Shown: positions 29,862-53,544 of the stretch, piece after piece
Layout of the letters: every line of letters starts with the position of its first letter
Numbering within the stretch: position 1 is the first letter of the stretch
NCBI RefSeq assembly: GCF_032444005.1
Contig: NC_091291.1
Coordinates: 133,982,001 to 134,046,000, forward strand
Source: Ranitomeya imitator
Lineage: Eukaryota
Length of the DNA: 64,000 bases
Direction: 5' to 3'
Made by a program: the position numbers and the translations under genes
The notes under the pieces: generated by a model
What the model was told of the DNA's origin: nothing
The model's input: only the letters and a program-made list of their open reading frames with translations
Database searches by the model: none

Positions 29862-32800
29862 TATACTGTATGAGTAATGTGTTACACACTATAATAGTGG
29901 TGTAGGGAGTAGGGCTGAAAATGGATCATTCTCAAAACCACCCAGAGATCTAATTCATACCGTTTCAGTCACTCCTTCAGCTGTCCAACCGAAATAACAT
30001 TCAACCTTGGACGTTTCTAGTAAATTCTTTTAAGGCAACGATATAAAAAGAAAAGCCCAGCTCGCTCCTGCACTGGGAAGATGATGCGGGGTTCACATTG
30101 TTCTATGATTGGAAACAGAACGGCATCTTCACTTACCAGAGCCCGATCCACACTGCAGGGAACCCCGGAAAAATGGGTATTAGACCTACCGGTAATTCGG
30201 TTTCCAAGAGTCCATCCTGGCATCACTCTGGAGGACGTCCTCCTCCTCCTTGCGGGGACAGGAAATACACACGAGAGGTTAAAAGGCCCCACTCCTCCCC
30301 TTCTCTTCAGTGTTTTGACAAGTACCACACCATGGATAGATGCAACAAAACAATTTTTTAATTTAACCAAATCATATTACAGCATATGAAACAGTATATG
30401 TAGGGAGGGAATGTAACGGTGCTGTCAGGATGGACTCCTGGAAACCAAATTACCGGTAGGTCTAATACCCATTTTCCAGGACGTCCCCCTGACAGCACCC
30501 TGGAGAATAGCAAAGAAAACTCCGTTAGGGTGGGACTACTGCTTGGAGAACTTTTCTCCCAAATGACGTCTGCTGGCCTGCTATCACGTCAAGTTTATAA
30601 TGCTTACAGAATGTATTTACCCTGGCCCAGGTTGCGGCCTTGCATATCTGTTCTAAAGATGCTCTTGCTCGTTCGGCCCATGATGCTGAAATGGCCCTAG
30701 TAGAATGTGCTTTTATTCCTACTGGGCAGTCTACCCCTTCTGATGTATAGGCTTTAGCAATTAATGTTGTGATCCATCTAGCTATAGATGTTTTGGAAGC
30801 TTTTTGCCTCTATTTTTCCCCCCAAATAGAATATGTTAGGGTCCTTTCTCCAGCTACTAGTGGCTTCTAAATAGTCGATTACTGCGCATCTAACATCCAG
30901 GGAATGCAAGGACTGCTCCTTTGCATTTGATGCATTTTCACAAAAAGGAGGGTAAAATTATCACTTGGTTCCGATTTTGTACCGATGCTATCTTGGGGAT
31001 AAAAGGCGGGTCTAGTTTTAAAATTATGTGGTCGTCGCGAATTTGAAGATAAAAATAAGGGTCCCTAATTGATAGGGCCTGGATCTCCCCCACCCTTTTA
31101 GCTGTCGTAATGGCCACTAGGAAAGCTGTCTTCCATGTAAGGACTGAAATAGGCATGTTTTCATGAAGGGCATAAGGCTCTTTACAAAGAGCCCTGAGGA
31201 CCAAGTTTAAGTCCCAAGGAGGGGTTAATTGCCTAATAGTGGGGCGCAATCTCTGGATGGCTTTGACAAATTTAATTACCCATGGGTGAGAGGCCAAAGG
31301 GTAATCCAAAAGAGTGCTGAGGGCCGAAATCTGTACCTTAAGGGTACTAGGTCTAAGACCCATGTTGAACCCTGACTGAAGAAAATCCAGGACTCTGGGA
31401 ACATCCGGGATCTCTGCTACTACGGGCGACCTGCCACACTCCATACAGAATTTTTGCCAGATCTTGTTGTAGATTGCCGAGGTTACAGGTTTCCTGTTAG
31501 CTTGAATGGTTGAAATGACTTCCTCTGATAAGCCCCGAGCTTTTAAAATGTCTCTTTCAGGATCCATGCTGACAGGTGTAACTTTTCCGGGCTTTGGTGT
31601 AAGACAGAACCTTGATAGACGATGTCCTTCTACAGAGGATGCTCGATTGGATTCGCTGTAGCCATGGATTCCAGCAACGGGAACCAACTTCTTTTCGGAG
31701 TACCAGGGAAGAGAATTTGCATATTTCCCAGAGGAGCATTGCGGCTTTAAGTCTCCTCACCTTGACATGCTTATGTCACTTTCCACAAGATGTTATCCAT
31801 TAAAATCTTCACGTGTTTGTTCTTTAACCTTGAACGGTTTCTTTTCAGAGTCTCCCAAACTGCATAAAGTTCTCTGAAGTTTGATGATTTGTGGCTGATG
31901 TCTTTGGGCCACCTGCCCTGAAAGAAATTTCATTGCAGGTGCGCTCCCCATCCCCACTGCCTGGCGTCCATGGTTATTACCACACAAGGCGACGGGATCC
32001 ATGAGACCCCTGTTTTCAGGTTGCTGGATTGGGTCCACCACCCTAAAGATCTTCTTACTCCTGTTGATAGTCGCATCGGCCTGTCTAGAGATATCTGGCT
32101 GCGATCCCATACTGAGAGAACCTGCCTCTGTAATAGTCTTGAATGGGCCTGAGCCCACCAGACACAGGTGATACATGATGTCATGATTCCTAAAATCTTC
32201 ATGGCTGATGTTATAGTAACTCGATGTTTCAGAAACTTTGCGATCATCTTCCTTACCGACTCGTTTTTCTTTTGGTAGAAAGGATTGTCTGCAGGTGGAA
32301 TCCAGAAGCACCCCAAGGAATACTTTGAGTTTTAAGTGTGACTTCTTTCGATTCACCACTCAGCCAAGGTGTTCCATCACCGTAACAGTCCGATCTCTGT
32401 GTAGGAGTAGGGTCTCTGCTGATCGGGCCACTAGGAGAAAATCGTCCAAATAAGGTATTATTGTAACTCCCTGGCTTCTCAGGTAGGCCACTACCTCTGC
32501 GACCACTTTTGTAAATATTCTGGGAACTGAGGCCAAGCCGAACGGGAGGCATTGAAACTAGAGGTGGCAGGTTTGGTCCGGTAGACTTACCGAGAACCTT
32601 AGAAGTTCCTGAGAGATTGACTAGATTGGAACCAGATAATAGGCACTCTTCAGGTCGAGAGTGCACATTACCAAATTTTTTGTCTATGAGGTGAATGGTT
32701 GATCTTATAGATTCCATCCTAAACCTTTTGTATTTGACCCATACATTTAACGGTTTTAAGTTTATGATTGTGTGCATTTCCCCTAACGGTTTTGGGATTG

Positions 32801-33440
32801 AGAATAGGGAAGAGTAGTGACCTCTGCCTATCTCTGATGAAGGGACTCGAATTATGAACTTGGAGCTGACAAGCTTCTGAAGGTCTGCGAACATTGAGGA
32901 ATTGGCTGCAACGGTGGTCGGCGTGATATACCTTTGAGGCGGGGCAGATATGAGTTCTATTCTGAAGCCCTCTAATGTATAATGTTCTTCTGTCAACAAA
33001 CTGTCATGTCAACTATGGAATTCCTTTATGATTTTTATGATTTAAGTTGTGCTGCTGTGATACCATAATTTCCCACGGGATCAATAAAGTGTATCGTATC
33101 GTATCGTATTATATTAAAGACGTATTTGTTTTTTGTGATCTGATTCCAGTTGTTCACAAAAAGACTGAGTCTGCCGCCTATACCTATGGTGTCATTGTCT
33201 TCTAGACCTAGAGCTTGATCCAAAAAGGGGATTTTTTCCCCTTCTGCTTTGAGCATAGGAACTCCTATATGTTCCTTTGTTGGATCTCCATTGCTCTCTA
33301 TAGTCAGGTTGTTTGCTAGGGGGCGGCCTTTTCCAAAAGGGCTGAAGTTTTTTGGGTTTATCTTCGGGAAAACCTTTTTTATTATCAGACGCAAAATTTA
33401 ATATGTCATCTAACGCCTGTCCAAACACCCTAGACCCTGA

Positions 33441-36400
33441 AAACAGGATTTTTGGTTGCTTACCATAAAATCTGTTTCTCTGAGCCTTCATTGGGGGACA
33501 CATGAACCATGGGTGTATGCTGTTGCCACTAGGAGGCTGACACTATGCACAAAAAGTTAGCTCCTCCTCTGCAATGTACACCCCACCGACTGGCATTATG
33601 ATCTTCAGTTAGTGAGAAAGCAGTAGGATAAAAACCAATAAGATCGAAATAACAATCACAAAAATCACAAACATGAGAACAGTCATAGAACATAGAACCA
33701 CAGAAACTGAACAACATGGGAGGGTGCTGTGTCCCCCAATGAAGGCTCCGAGAAACAGATTTTACGGTAAGCAACCAAAAATCCTGTTTCTCTATCGCCT
33801 CTCATTGGGGGACATAGGAACCATGGGATGTCCCAAAGCAGTCCCTGGGGTGAAAAAAACAGACTTCCATCAGGTCAGGGGACTCAACACTGCTGCCTGC
33901 AAGATCCTTCTGCCTAGGCTGACGTCCGCCGAAGCGTAGGTATGGACCTTGTAAAATTTGGCGAACATGTGGATGGAAGACCAGGTTGCCGCTTTGCAAA
34001 GCTGTAGAGTGGAAGCCCTGTGGTGTACCGCCCAGGAAGCGCCGACTGCACGGGTGGAGTGAGCCTTAATAGCAGGAAGGGGTACTCTGTTCTTGACCCG
34101 GTAAGCCTTCAAAATTGCCGTTCTGATCCAGCGAGCAATAGTCGCCTTGGAAGCCGGAAGGCCTCTACGCGTGCCATCAGGAACGATGAGAAGAGAATCC
34201 GCCTTCTGGAAAGCGGCCGTTCTAGCCAGGTAGATCCTCACTGCCCTGACGAGGTCCAGCTTGTTCAACGATCGCTCAAGAGGGTGAGTCGGACCTGGAC
34301 AAAAAGGAAGGCAGAATGATGTCCCCGTTTAGGTGTAAGGTGGAAACCACCTTAGGAAGGAAGGCGGAGGCCTGAGGACCACCTTGTCCTGGTGGATAAC
34401 CAAGAAAGGAGGTCGACAAGAAAGGGCCGCCAACTCGGAAACGCGGTGGATCGAAGTGATGGCCACAAGAAAAAGCCACCTTCCAAGATAGAACTGACAG
34501 GGAATCCTCCCTGAGAGGCTCAAAGGGGGAACCCCTCAGAATGTCCAGCACAAGATTTAAATCCCATGAATACACAGGGGCCCTGTACGGAGGGACAGCG
34601 TGGGCTACTCCTTGAAGGACGGTCTTAACCTGTGGTCGAGAAGATAATGTCTTCTGAAAAGGGATGGAGAACGCAGAAACCTGGTCCTTAAGGGAACTAA
34701 GAGCAAGGACTGAATCTAGTCCTGCCTGAATGAAAGCCAAAATGGAAGGCAGGGAAAAGGACATAGGTGAAACGCAGTTGGACTCACACCAATGGAAGTA
34801 AGCCTTCCAGGTACGATAGTAGATCCTGGAAGAAGTCTTCCTAGCCTGGATCATAGTGTGAATTACCCAGACCGAAAGGCCGGACGCTCTTAGAACTGCA
34901 GTCTCAACAGCCACGCCGTTAAACTGAGCTACCGAGAATTTGGGTGGCAGATCGGACCCTGAGACAGATTGGGTCTGCCTGGAAGGCGCCAGGGGGCGTC
35001 CGCGAGAAGATTGACGCTCTCCGAAAATCAAGATGTCCTGGGCCAATCAGGGGCGATTAGAATGACTGGCACCACTTCCGCCTAGATCTTTTTCAAGAGC
35101 TTGGGAAACAAGGACAGGGGTGGAAAAGGATAGGGGAGCACCAACTGCGACCAAGGAATGGCCAGAGCGTCAACACCACTGCGAGAGGATCGCGGGACCT
35201 TGGGACGACCCGAGAAACCTTCCTGTTCATTTGGGACGCCGTGAGGTCCACTTCTGGAGTCCCCATCGAAGAAAAATCTGAAGGAATACCTCCTGAAGCA
35301 AGGACCATTCCCCCTGCCACGAGGCCCTCGCAGCTGAGGAAGCAGCCGGCCCAATTGTCCACGCCGGGGACCTGCACCACGGATCTCACCAGAACCGTTG
35401 CCTCTGCCCAAAGGAGGATCCTGGAAACCTCGGTCGAGGCCAGAGAACTTAGAGTCCCCCCTTGGTGGTTGACATATGCCACTGCTGTGGCATTGTCCGT
35501 CTGAATTCGAGTTGGCAGACCCCTGAGAATCCTTAGCCAGTGAAGAAGAGACAGAAAGATGACCCGGAACTCGAGGACATTAATCGGCAGAGAGGACTCC
35601 TGCGCCGACCAACGACCCTGAAAAGTCAGGTGACAAAACCCCGCACCTCAGCTGAGCAGGCTCGCATCTGTCGTCACCACCTGCCAGAGAACTGGAAGGA
35701 AGGATCTGCCATGGGATATGAGAGGTGACCTCGGCCACCAGTTGAGGAACAGTTTGACCTGGGGAGAAAGCCGGATCGGACGATGCAAGGAAATGACAGA
35801 CCTGTCCAACTGTGATATAATAGCCTGCTGAAGAGGTCTTAAGTAAAATGTTCGAAAGGAATCGCTTCCAATGTTGCAACCATCCTCCCCAGGACCTTCA
35901 TAGCCGATCGGAAAGGAAGGAAGCTGAGAACCCTGGAGCAAGCAAACTTCCCAACGAAGGAGGGATATCTTGTCTTCGGGAAGGAAGAATCTGGTCTGAC
36001 AAGTGTCGAAGAGCATGCACAAATACCCTCGCTGAGAAGGAACAAGACAGGACTTGTTCCTGGTGACGAGCCACCTGAAACGGGCTAGAGTGTCGAGGAC
36101 GATGGACAGACTTTCGGAAGCCTGTGTCAGAAATTCTTGAGTCTCCATGGAAGCGATTACTGAACGAGGGGATTCCATCCTGAAGTGTCTCAGACGAAGC
36201 TTCTTGTTCAGCAATTTGAGATCCAGACTGGGATGAACCTTGTCGTCCTTTTTCGGTACAAAGAGATTCGAACAGAAGCCTGTGAGCCGCTCCTCTTCTG
36301 GGACGGGAACGATTACCCCGGAATTAAGGAGGAAAACATTGGCTGCAAAGAAACCCGGGACTAGAGCGGGGTCTCTTGGAGCTCGGGATTCGAAGAAACG

Positions 36401-37188
36401 ATCCCGGGACCGTGGAATGAATCTATTTTGTATCCAGAGGATACAAGTTCCCTGACCCATGCATCCTCTACTGTTGGAGACCCAGATGTCCCTGAAGAAG
36501 AGGAGATGGCTGCGCAGCCTGGGAAATGGGCTGGGGTCTAGACGTGAGTCAAACCTAGGTGGATCTTCCGGTCCTAGACCTGGAGGATCTGCCCTGGGAG
36601 TAGCAGGAACGCTAGGAAGGAGTGAAATAGGGGCGACTGGCGGATACCAAGGGACCCCCCAATGACCACCCCGGATCTGAGGAGGGTAGGGGGTATGTGG
36701 AATACTCACCTAAAACATCCCACGCCGTCCTTACTAACCTCAATCTTGAAGAGATCAGACGTCCGGGGGTCTGATGGACGTCCTCGTCTCCGCAACCGAC
36801 AAGCTCTGGTGGGCGAGTGGGTGGGGGGCGGAGCTAGGACCGAACTTCTAAGCACGCTTGTGTGCTAGGATCTTGGTCCTGCTGTGGGATCTATGAGGAT
36901 ACGGGGTGGCAGTACACGCCGTACTCATAGTCCATAATGTGGGATTACAGGTGTGACTGTTCACCCTGTATCCCTCCGGAAAATCTGAAAAGGAACGACG
37001 CACAGTGAGGTAGATAATGGTCTAATGAAAGACCAGTGTCCACCTCCTACTGACACTAAGCTCAACTGAAGTTCATAATGCCAGTCGGTGGGGTGTACAC
37101 TGCAGAGGAGGAGCTAATTTTTTTGTGCATATTGTCAGCAATGTACACCCATGGTTCCTGTGTCCCCCAATGAGAGGCGATAGAGAAA
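33441..37188 (-). mobile_element. DIRS element (same family as 19212-21781) nested in the gag-like ORF of the host DIRS; lacks its own gag
   Basis: Matching ITRs/ICR (33727-33826); frameshifted YR (33870-35046, HSTR), RNaseH 35093-35482, RT 35648-36709. Confidence 0.88.
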
Positions 37189-37824
37189 AGGGAATGGCAC
37201 ATAATTTATTTTTTGAGGTGTTATCTCCCGACCAGGATTTAAGCCAAATAGCTCTATGGGTTGCATTAGTCAGGGAGCTGTTCCTTGCTGCGAATCTCAC
37301 TGATTCGGCCGAAGTATCAGCTAGGAAGGCTGTGGCAGATCTTATAATAGGGAGAGATGAAATTTCAGCTCTTGGGGTCTTATTAACTAAATGTTCTTCG
37401 AACTGCCGCATCCATAAGAACATGGACCTGGCCACCGAAGTAGCCGCAATATTAGTCCGAATCAGGGCTGCAGACGCTTACCAAGCTCGGCGTACAAGAA
37501 TATCTGCCTTGCGGTTCATGGCATCTCTGAGGCTTGACGAGTCCTCAAATGTAATTGATGTTTTCTTTGTGACCACTGGTACATCGACTTTAGGGATTTC
37601 TTCCCATGTTTTGATGTCATCTTGGTCAAATGGTAGGCGGCCCTTAAAGTCCCCGGGACATCACTAGTCTGCGTTCTGCTTCCTTCCATTCCTGTAATAT
37701 GAGCCGGATATGTTCGCTTACAGGGAACACTGTCTGCCTCTTGAGATGTAAGACCTCCAAACATTAGGTCCTGTCTGGACTGTGGACCCGGAACCTCCTT
37801 CATCTGCATTGTATTTCTCACCAC

Positions 37825-38012
37825 CTGTCACACACGCCGATTCAGAGATGACAGCGGGTGATCAGCGACCAAAAAAAGGTCCTGATCATTCCCAGCGACC
37901 AACGATCTCCCAGCAGGGGCCTGATCGTTGGTCGCTGTCGTTAACGATATCGTTGCTATGTCACAAAAAGCAACGATATCGTTAAAGAAATCGTTATGTG
38001 TGACGGTACCTT
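37825..38012. mobile_element. Truncated Harbinger-like MITE
   Basis: End GTGTGACGGTACCTT as in 11329-11521; aacgatatcgtt palindromes. Confidence 0.55.
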
Positions 38013-38208
38013 TACTCTTTGCTGAGGCCTTGCCTGGCTTTTTGCCCGTTGGGAGGGGTGTCTGTGGGATATCCTTATCCTAGATGACACAATAGTAGGG
38101 ATAATCAGGGCTAGGCTTAGTGTCTAAGTGCGTGTCCAGGTGCTTTTTGCGCACTTACCCCTGCGTGTTCATCCATATCCTCCTTGTTTCAGGCATCTAC
38201 GAATCCTT

Positions 38209-39205
38209 AGAGAGTATACATATATATAAAATACTAAACATGTAGTGTGCATTTACCAAACTAGCAAACCTATAACATAATGCACAACTCATAGAAATAT
38301 AGTAAACATAATCATACAAGTAATCACAAGACATAAGTAAAAGGGAAAAGCAAAAAAAGTGGAAAGAAGTACGGGATAGCACAGGGACCACAATAACGTA
38401 TATTATATAATCAAAATAAAAAGTAAAAATTATCTACATAGATACAAAAAATAATAATAACAACATTGGTATCCACGGAATGTAAAAGTGGGAATTATAG
38501 TCTGTAACGGGGGTATTAATTATCAAAAACCACATAGATAATGGTAATGCCACAGGGTATATTTTTCCAAAGATTTAGGTAATACCAGCGTATATGGACA
38601 GAAATATAAGTAAAAGACCATAGGTAAAAAACCATATATAAGTCATAAGCTATGTGCACACATTATTATAGCAGCAAAATGCAAATTATTTAACTAGCAG
38701 CATAGCATAGATATTGCTAAGTCCATCACTGCCAGATGGACTTAATGTGCAATATCTATGCTATGCTGCTAGTTAAATAATTTGCATTTTGCTGCTATAA
38801 TAATGTGTGCACATAGCTTATGACTTATATATGGTTTTTTACCTATGGTCTTTTACTTATATTTCTGTCCATATACTCTGGTATTACCTAAATCTTTGGA
38901 AAAATATACCCTGTGGCATTACCATTATCTATGTGGTTTTTGATAATTAATACCCCCGTTACAGACTATAATTCCCACTTTTACATTCCGTGGATACCAA
39001 TGTTGTTATTATTATTTTTTGTATCTATGTAGATAATTTTTATTTTGATTATATAATATACGTTATTGTGGTCCCTGTGCTATCCCGTACTTCTTTCCAC
39101 TTTTTTTGCTTTTCCCTTTTACTTATGTCTTGTGATTACTTGTATGATTAATAAAGTTATGTTTACTATATTTCTATGAGTTGTGCATTATGTTATAGGT
39201 TTGCT
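38209..39205. repeat. AT-rich ~945-bp palindrome (arms 38262-~38727 and ~38735-39206) inserted in the DIRS leader
   Basis: Arms are reverse complements with small indels; 14-bp direct repeat ATCTA(C/G)GAATCCTT at 38195-38208 and 39206-39219. Confidence 0.8.
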
Positions 39206-39919
39206 ATCTAGGAATCCTTGCAAGATGCACTCCTAGCGTAAACCCAGCGACGCAGATTACAAGACACTGAGTCCTGCTTTACCCAAGTGGACGCCTGCCA
39301 GATCGAGCACACACTTTATCAAAATTGCCGCTTGTTTCACCAACCCCTTCAGCGTTCCACGCTGTGGAACGCAGGCCGGATCCAGCGTTGACGTCACCGG
39401 ATGTGACGCTTGGCGCTTGTGCCAGCCGCCGACCCCTTCATGTTCCTGTATGGAACACATGGTTCCGGACGCTTCTTCTCCCAAGATGGCGCCTGAGCCG
39501 AGAGGCTCCCACCGGGAGGAGCGGCTCTTACCCAGGAGCCCGTCCATTCACTGGTCTTTGGAGCAGAGGGACTCCCCACCGGGAAGTTTCTGCCCTGGGC
39601 CACTTGACAGGGGGAAGGATATTGGACCAGCCGCACGATCCCCCTGAGCACTCCGGTCAGCTGTCGCTCGCTCGTGTGTCCCTCCATGCAGGGACAGGAA
39701 AAACACTGAAGAGAAGGGGAGGAGTGGGACCTTTTAACCTCTCGTGTGTATTTCCTGTCCCTGCAAGGAGGAGGAGGACGTCCTCCAGGGTGCTGTCAGG
39801 GGGACATCCTGGAAATATGGAATTGCTGATAATAGTATACATACTCTGATACTGCAGTATCATCGAATTGTTACTCCTCACAAGTGCTAAAATAATCCGT
39901 CTCATCGTCTAAACAGACA

Positions 39920-39925
39920 TTTATT
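39920..39925 (-). terminator. Candidate DLAT polyadenylation signal AATAAA
   Basis: TTTATT on + strand ~310 nt past the DLAT stop, just outside the DIRS end. Confidence 0.45.
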
Positions 39926-40237
39926 CATCCATTGCTAAAATCTGCAGACCTCGTATATATAATCAGCGGACCTGATTTGACAGCAAGGATTTAAAACCAT
40001 CTAGGAAACATTGACCTTTGTGAGAAGACATTGAGGACCTGGACGCAGCACAGTTCTCAGGAGATCCGGCACTGGAGTGATCTGTACGGCCACACAATTA
40101 GGTTTCTTTTTTTCCCCCATTTGTTCGCTTAAATAAAAAAAAAAGTTATGTATATGCATGTGAGTGTTCGGAGACAGGAGCATATAAATAGTCCTATGAG
40201 CGCAGCAGATGACCCACGGGAGAGGAGATCCAGCAAT

Positions 40238-51033
<10,796 letters not shown>

Positions 51034-51119
51034 GGCTGCGGAGGGAAGACTCAGGGCCTCGGTCCTCAATGACCTCCCCGGCGATACGGGAACACTGACG
51101 GCAGACGCTGCAACCTCAG

Positions 51120-51580
51120 CCTCCCCCTAGAGGTCGCGCTTTTACCAAAGCCGCCATCTTAGTACACCCACGGGAAAAAAAGAAACCCCCAAGTATTATT
51201 ACATAAAACACGTGATGTATGAGGCCGTGCGCGGAGCTAACCCTCACAGTGAGCTACAGGGAGCGGAAAATATCACTGTAGGTACAACATTCTCATCAGA
51301 AAGGGGAGGACAAAGATGGCGACTGGAGACTTCCGGTGACCTCAAGGTCCGGGCGGAGTAAGATGGCGCGTTCTGACGTTAGCCTGCGGCAACGTGAGGT
51401 CGCTGGATGGGCGGGGCGAGGGAGTGTCCGTGAGTGACAGCTGCTCCTGGCAACGCTCGCATCACGTGACGACACGAGCAGCCTGTGGGGGAATGCGCTG
51501 GTGACGGCGCCGGGCAGAGCTGATGCACTGTGACTACCGGGAGGGGGCGCTGTGCGCGGTGAGGGGCGGGGTCCATGCTT
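51120..51580 (-). promoter_or_regulatory. DLAT CpG-island promoter
   Basis: YY1-like GCCGCCATCTT 51150-60 and AAGATGGCG 51313-21, 51360-68; ETS ACTTCCGGT 51329-37; GC boxes. Confidence 0.65.
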
Positions 51581-51593
51581 TTACATTCTTTAA

Positions 51594-53341
51594 AGGGAAC
51601 CTGTCACCCCGTTTTTTCAGACTGAGATAAAAATACTGTTAGGGTATGTTCACACGTTCAGGATTTCCATCCTTTTTTTTTCAGGACAGTTTTTTTTAAA
51701 AAACTGCAGCTCTTGGCAGAAAACGCAGGTCCTTTTTTTGGTTCTTTTTTTGTCCTTTTTTGATGCGTTTTTTATCCTTTTTTTATGCAGTTTTCTATGC
51801 AGAGACTGTGTTTCCTAGGAAGCTTTTTAGGGCTAAAATGGCTGAAAATACCCTAACCCTACCCCTAACCCTACCCCTAACCCTACCCCTAACCCTACCC
51901 CTATTCTAACCTTAGTGAAAAAAAAAAAAATTCTTAATTTTTTTATTGTCCCTACCAATGGGGGTGACAAAGGGGGGGGGGGGTGTCATTTACTATTTTT
52001 TTATTTTGATCACTGAGATAGGTTATATCTCAGTGATCAAAATGCACTTTGGAGCGAATCTGCCGGCCGGCAGATTCGGCGGGCGCACTGCGCATGCGCC
52101 CGCCATTTTGCAAGATGGCGGCGCCCAGGGAGAAGACGGCCGGACGGACACCGGGACGCCGGGTAAGTATAAGGGGGGGAGATTAGGGCACGGGGGGGGG
52201 GCATCGGAGCACTGGGGGGGGCATCGGAGCACGGGGGGGGGGGGGGCATCGGAGCACGGGGGGGGCAGCCACACTCCGCCCGCGCACTTCCGCCCGCTCC
52301 CCCGCACTTCCTGCTGCAGCGGTTCTGCACATCAAATCGCATTAAAACCCGCGGATATATTTTTGATCTGCGGGTTTTACTGCGATTTTGACCTCACAAT
52401 GGAGGTCTATGGGTGCAGAACCGCTGCGGTTCAGGAAAAAGAAGTGACATGCTCCTTCTTTTTTGCCGCAGCTATTCTGCGCGGCTTTTTAAACGAAATT
52501 ACGGATCATGTGCACAGCAGTGACTGTTTTCCATAGGGTTACATTGTTATGTACCCTGCATGGAAAACAGCTGCGGAACCGCAGCGGCAAAACCGCTGCG
52601 GTTCCGCAGTAAAAAACGCACTGTGTGAACATGGCCTTAAATAGGGCCTGCGCTGTGCGTTACTATAGTGTATGTAGTGTACCCAGATTCCCCACCTATG
52701 CTGAGAAATACATTACCAAAGTCGCCGTTTTCGCCTGTCAATCAGGCTGGTCAGGTCGGATGGGCGTGGTGACATCGCTCTTTTCTTCCCCAGCTTTCCG
52801 TTGGTGGCGTAGTGGTGTGCGCATGTCCAAGTGCCGAATCCACTGCGCGCACGTGAGGAAGCAGCGTGCGATCGCGCTATGAGCCCTGTCAGCGGTGGGA
52901 GCGGCCATCTTCCTGGGGGCCGCGCGTGCGCAGATGGAGTGCTCTGCTGCACGGGGCTTCAGGAAAATGGCCGCGGGCTGCCGCGCGTGCGCAGTAGAGA
53001 ACGCGGCGGCCATTTTCCCAAAGCTGAGTTTGCTTCCTCACGTGCGCCCAGGGAATTCGGAACTTGGACATGCGCACACCACTACGCCACCAACGGAAAG
53101 CTGGGGAAGAAAAGAGCGATGTCACCACGCCCATCCGACCTGACCAGCCTGATTGACAGGCGAAAACGGCGACTTTGGTATTGTATTGCGCAGCATAGGT
53201 GGGGAATCAGGGTACACTACATACACTATAGTAACGCACAGCGCAGGCCCTATTTAACAGTATTTTTATTTAATACTAGTATTTAATAATAGTATTTAAT
53301 ACTTGGGGGTTTGTCTGAAAAATTGGGGTGACAGGTTCCCT
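51594..53341. mobile_element. Kolobok/T2-type fold-back MITE with a nested Harbinger-like MITE (~51642-52637)
   Basis: TTAA TSD both sides; TIR AGGGAACCTGTCACCCC; internal inverted arms 52639-52832 / 53062-53255; inner TIR gggtatgttcacac / gtgtgaacatggcc. Confidence 0.8.
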
Positions 53342-53544
53342 TTAAGGGTCTTTTCATTCTTGGAGGGGTTTCTTCCAGATGCAGTACTGCGCATAACCTG
53401 TGCACACGTGTGGCGCTGCTTTTTTTTTTCTTCTAGAAATCAGCCGTTTCTTTTATTTCCTATAGACCTTTTATTTGTCCCCATGGTGTGAGCCCTCCAG
53501 GCGCTTCCCTCGGTGCCAGGTGGGATAACTGCATCGGACCTTAT

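Larger units (their letters stand above)
30171..39815 (-). mobile_element. Degenerate full-span DIRS element (second subfamily) carrying nested insertions
   Basis: 5' end TTTCCAGGATGTCCCCCTGACAGC (39815), 3' end AATACCCATTT (30171), ICR ~30420-30506; YR 30938-31687, RNaseH 31930-32316, RT 32253-33394, gag-like 33192-33440 and 37189-37824. Confidence 0.8.

Noticed and set aside
29837-29889. N-terminus of the 288-aa L1 ORF as given by the track
   Set aside because: It reads through Tc1 TIR and TSD sequence; the L1 insert starts at 29836
51034-51069. Upstream TTG start extending DLAT by 12 aa
   Set aside because: ATG 51033 has a good Kozak context (gcagccATG) and begins a typical transit peptide
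51851-51903. Interstitial telomere or fusion scar
   Set aside because: Short variant (CCCTAACCCTAC)n enclosed within MITE TIRs
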